Positions 62,966-64,000 of a stretch of DNA of 64,000 bases are shown here, piece after piece. The DNA comes from Candidatus Eiseniibacteriota bacterium. GTDB lineage: Bacteria; Eisenbacteria; RBG-16-71-46; JABDJR01. Within the stretch, counting starts at the first letter, position 1. Every line of letters starts with the position of its first letter. The notes under the pieces are model-generated. The model ran no database searches and was not told where the DNA came from. It saw nothing but the letters and a program-made list of their open reading frames with translations. Made by a program: the position numbers and the translations under genes. The stretch covers positions 800,001 through 864,000 of the forward strand of contig CAVXKA010000002.1 in the NCBI GenBank assembly GCA_963762255.1. Direction: 5' to 3'.

Positions 62966-63004
62966 GTCGGATCCTCCGACGGGGTAGGTTAGGTGCGGAT
63001 CATT

Positions 63005-63343
63005 CTAGCAGGCGTGACCACGCGGCCTCCAGCGGTACCGATCGAGATCGATCGCGCCCAGCCGCGAGAACCGCACACCCTCCTTCTCGAGTAGCCGCCT
63101 CTGGATCAGCGCTCCATCGGTCTCCGCGGCAAGGCTGACCCTCCCCTGCACGTTGACCACCCGATGCCACGGCACGCCGGATCGCTCCGGAAGCGCGTGC
63201 AGCGCGTAGCCCACCTGCCGGGCATGGCCGCGGATCCCGGCGAGCGCCGCGATCTGCCCGTAGGTCGCCACGCGACCACGCGGAATCCGCTTCACCGTCT
63301 CGTAGATGCGCTTGCGCCGGGGGTGAATGGTTGGCGGCTTCAT
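63005..63343 (-). CDS. Alkyltransferase-like protein (ATL/YbaZ, MGMT family)
   Basis: IPRGRVATYGQIA, ARQVG, VPWHRVVN (Trp in place of the catalytic Cys), Q..LL..EGV. Confidence 0.9.
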   Translation of the reverse strand: MKPPTIHPRRKRIYETVKRIPRGRVATYGQIAALAGIRGHARQVGYALHALPERSGVPWHRVVNVQGRVSLAAETDGALIQRRLLEKEGVRFSRLGAIDLDRYRWRPRGHAC

Positions 63344-63618
63344 GTGGGAGGAGTCTACCCCAGCAGCGCGGGTGTCGGTGGGTGGCCGGACGGGGGACGT
63401 GTCGCACGGCCGTGTGATAGACAGCGGAGACTCCGCTGTCTTTCGACGCCTATCACGTGAGTGGCACCGGGCCTGCCGATCGGCTATCCTCCGCGCTATC
63501 GGTGGATGAAACGCCAACTGCCCGCATCTCCGGGCTGCACAGCCTGAACTCCGTATCCGTTAGGGTAGGTCCGTCGAATTCTCGTCTTAGCCCGCACGAC
63601 CACCAAGCGAGACGAACG

Positions 63619-64000
63619 ATGAATTCAGAAAGTCGCACTGTGCTTTCCCTCAGATACAGACTACCTCTTCTGGTACTCAGCATAATGGGCACTGTTACCA
63701 TTCTACTGGCTACGAGACCCTACGGCGCGGGACTCTCACCTGACTCCGTGGGATACATAGCCACTGCGAGACACATAGCAACCGGCGCTGGTGCCGTCAT
63801 GTATGATGGCACTCCGTTACTTGTTCAACCCCCGCTCTATCCAGCACTCTTGGCAACTATTGACTATGTTTTCGGGATAGACCCCCTTTCGAAAGCTCAC
63901 ATCGTCAATGCGGTTCTGTTTGGCCTCATCGTTTACTTGTCGGGATTACTGTTTCTCAGGCACTGGACTTTCGCCGACAGTGAAGCTAAGCATTTGAAGT
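63619..64000 (+). CDS. Membrane protein, GT-C (ArnT/PMT-like) glycosyltransferase N-terminus (partial)
   Basis: Not in the ORF track. MNSESRTVLSLRYRLPLLVLSIMG...GLSPDSVGYIATARHIATGAG...QPPLYPALLA...; open to the window end. Confidence 0.65.
   Translation, partial: MNSESRTVLSLRYRLPLLVLSIMGTVTILLATRPYGAGLSPDSVGYIATARHIATGAGAVMYDGTPLLVQPPLYPALLATIDYVFGIDPLSKAHIVNAVLFGLIVYLSGLLFLRHWTFADSEAKHLK

Noticed and set aside
63005-63343. Active O6-methylguanine methyltransferase (ogt)
   Set aside because: PWHRV instead of PCHRV, so a non-catalytic ATL
63510-63566. Intact integron attC site
   Set aside because: GTTAGGG fails GTTRRRY, no complementary RYYYAAC, and no integrase in the window

Overview
GC-rich bacterial chromosome segment, probably from an uncultured FCB-related lineage (Eisenbacteria/Krumholzibacteria-like; inferred from T9SS/FlgD-type C-terminal domains, not from a search). 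Left to right: a partial FN3-repeat lipoprotein; a divergent redox module (19-heme c/heme b CbcL-like fusion versus a HybA-like 4Fe-4S protein, an NrfD/HybB protein and a 13-heme cytochrome, with no catalytic subunit); a phosphosugar mutase and GH57; a complete minus-strand rRNA operon (16S, tRNA-Ile, tRNA-Ala, 23S, 5S) with promoter, boxA sites and terminator; tyrS, PBP1A and GH53; a heme operon (hemE-hemN-hemY-pdp-hemX/ccsA-hemA-hemC-hemD-hemB-hemL, no ferrochelatase); cdd and mazG; tandem XRE-cupin regulators and a 3D-domain gene; a minus-strand run (cytidylate-kinase-like, M48 peptidase, small membrane protein, selenocysteine-containing selD, secreted metalloenzyme, JAB protease, MoeZ, frameshifted rsgA); tal, alr, rhodanese, TetR; a 2-oxoacid dehydrogenase/lipoate operon; a beta-barrel-SppA fusion; a DUF4412-like protein; a HAMP histidine kinase (frameshifted) plus a response regulator with an unrecognised output domain, preceded by KdpE-box-like direct repeats; a secreted SGNH protein; an alkyltransferase-like gene; and the start of a low-GC segment. 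No CRISPR array or transposase was seen. Best leads: the orphan 32-heme module, the Sec-SelD/JAB/MoeZ linkage, the barrel-SppA fusion and the two-component system. All calls come from reading motifs by eye, without database searches.
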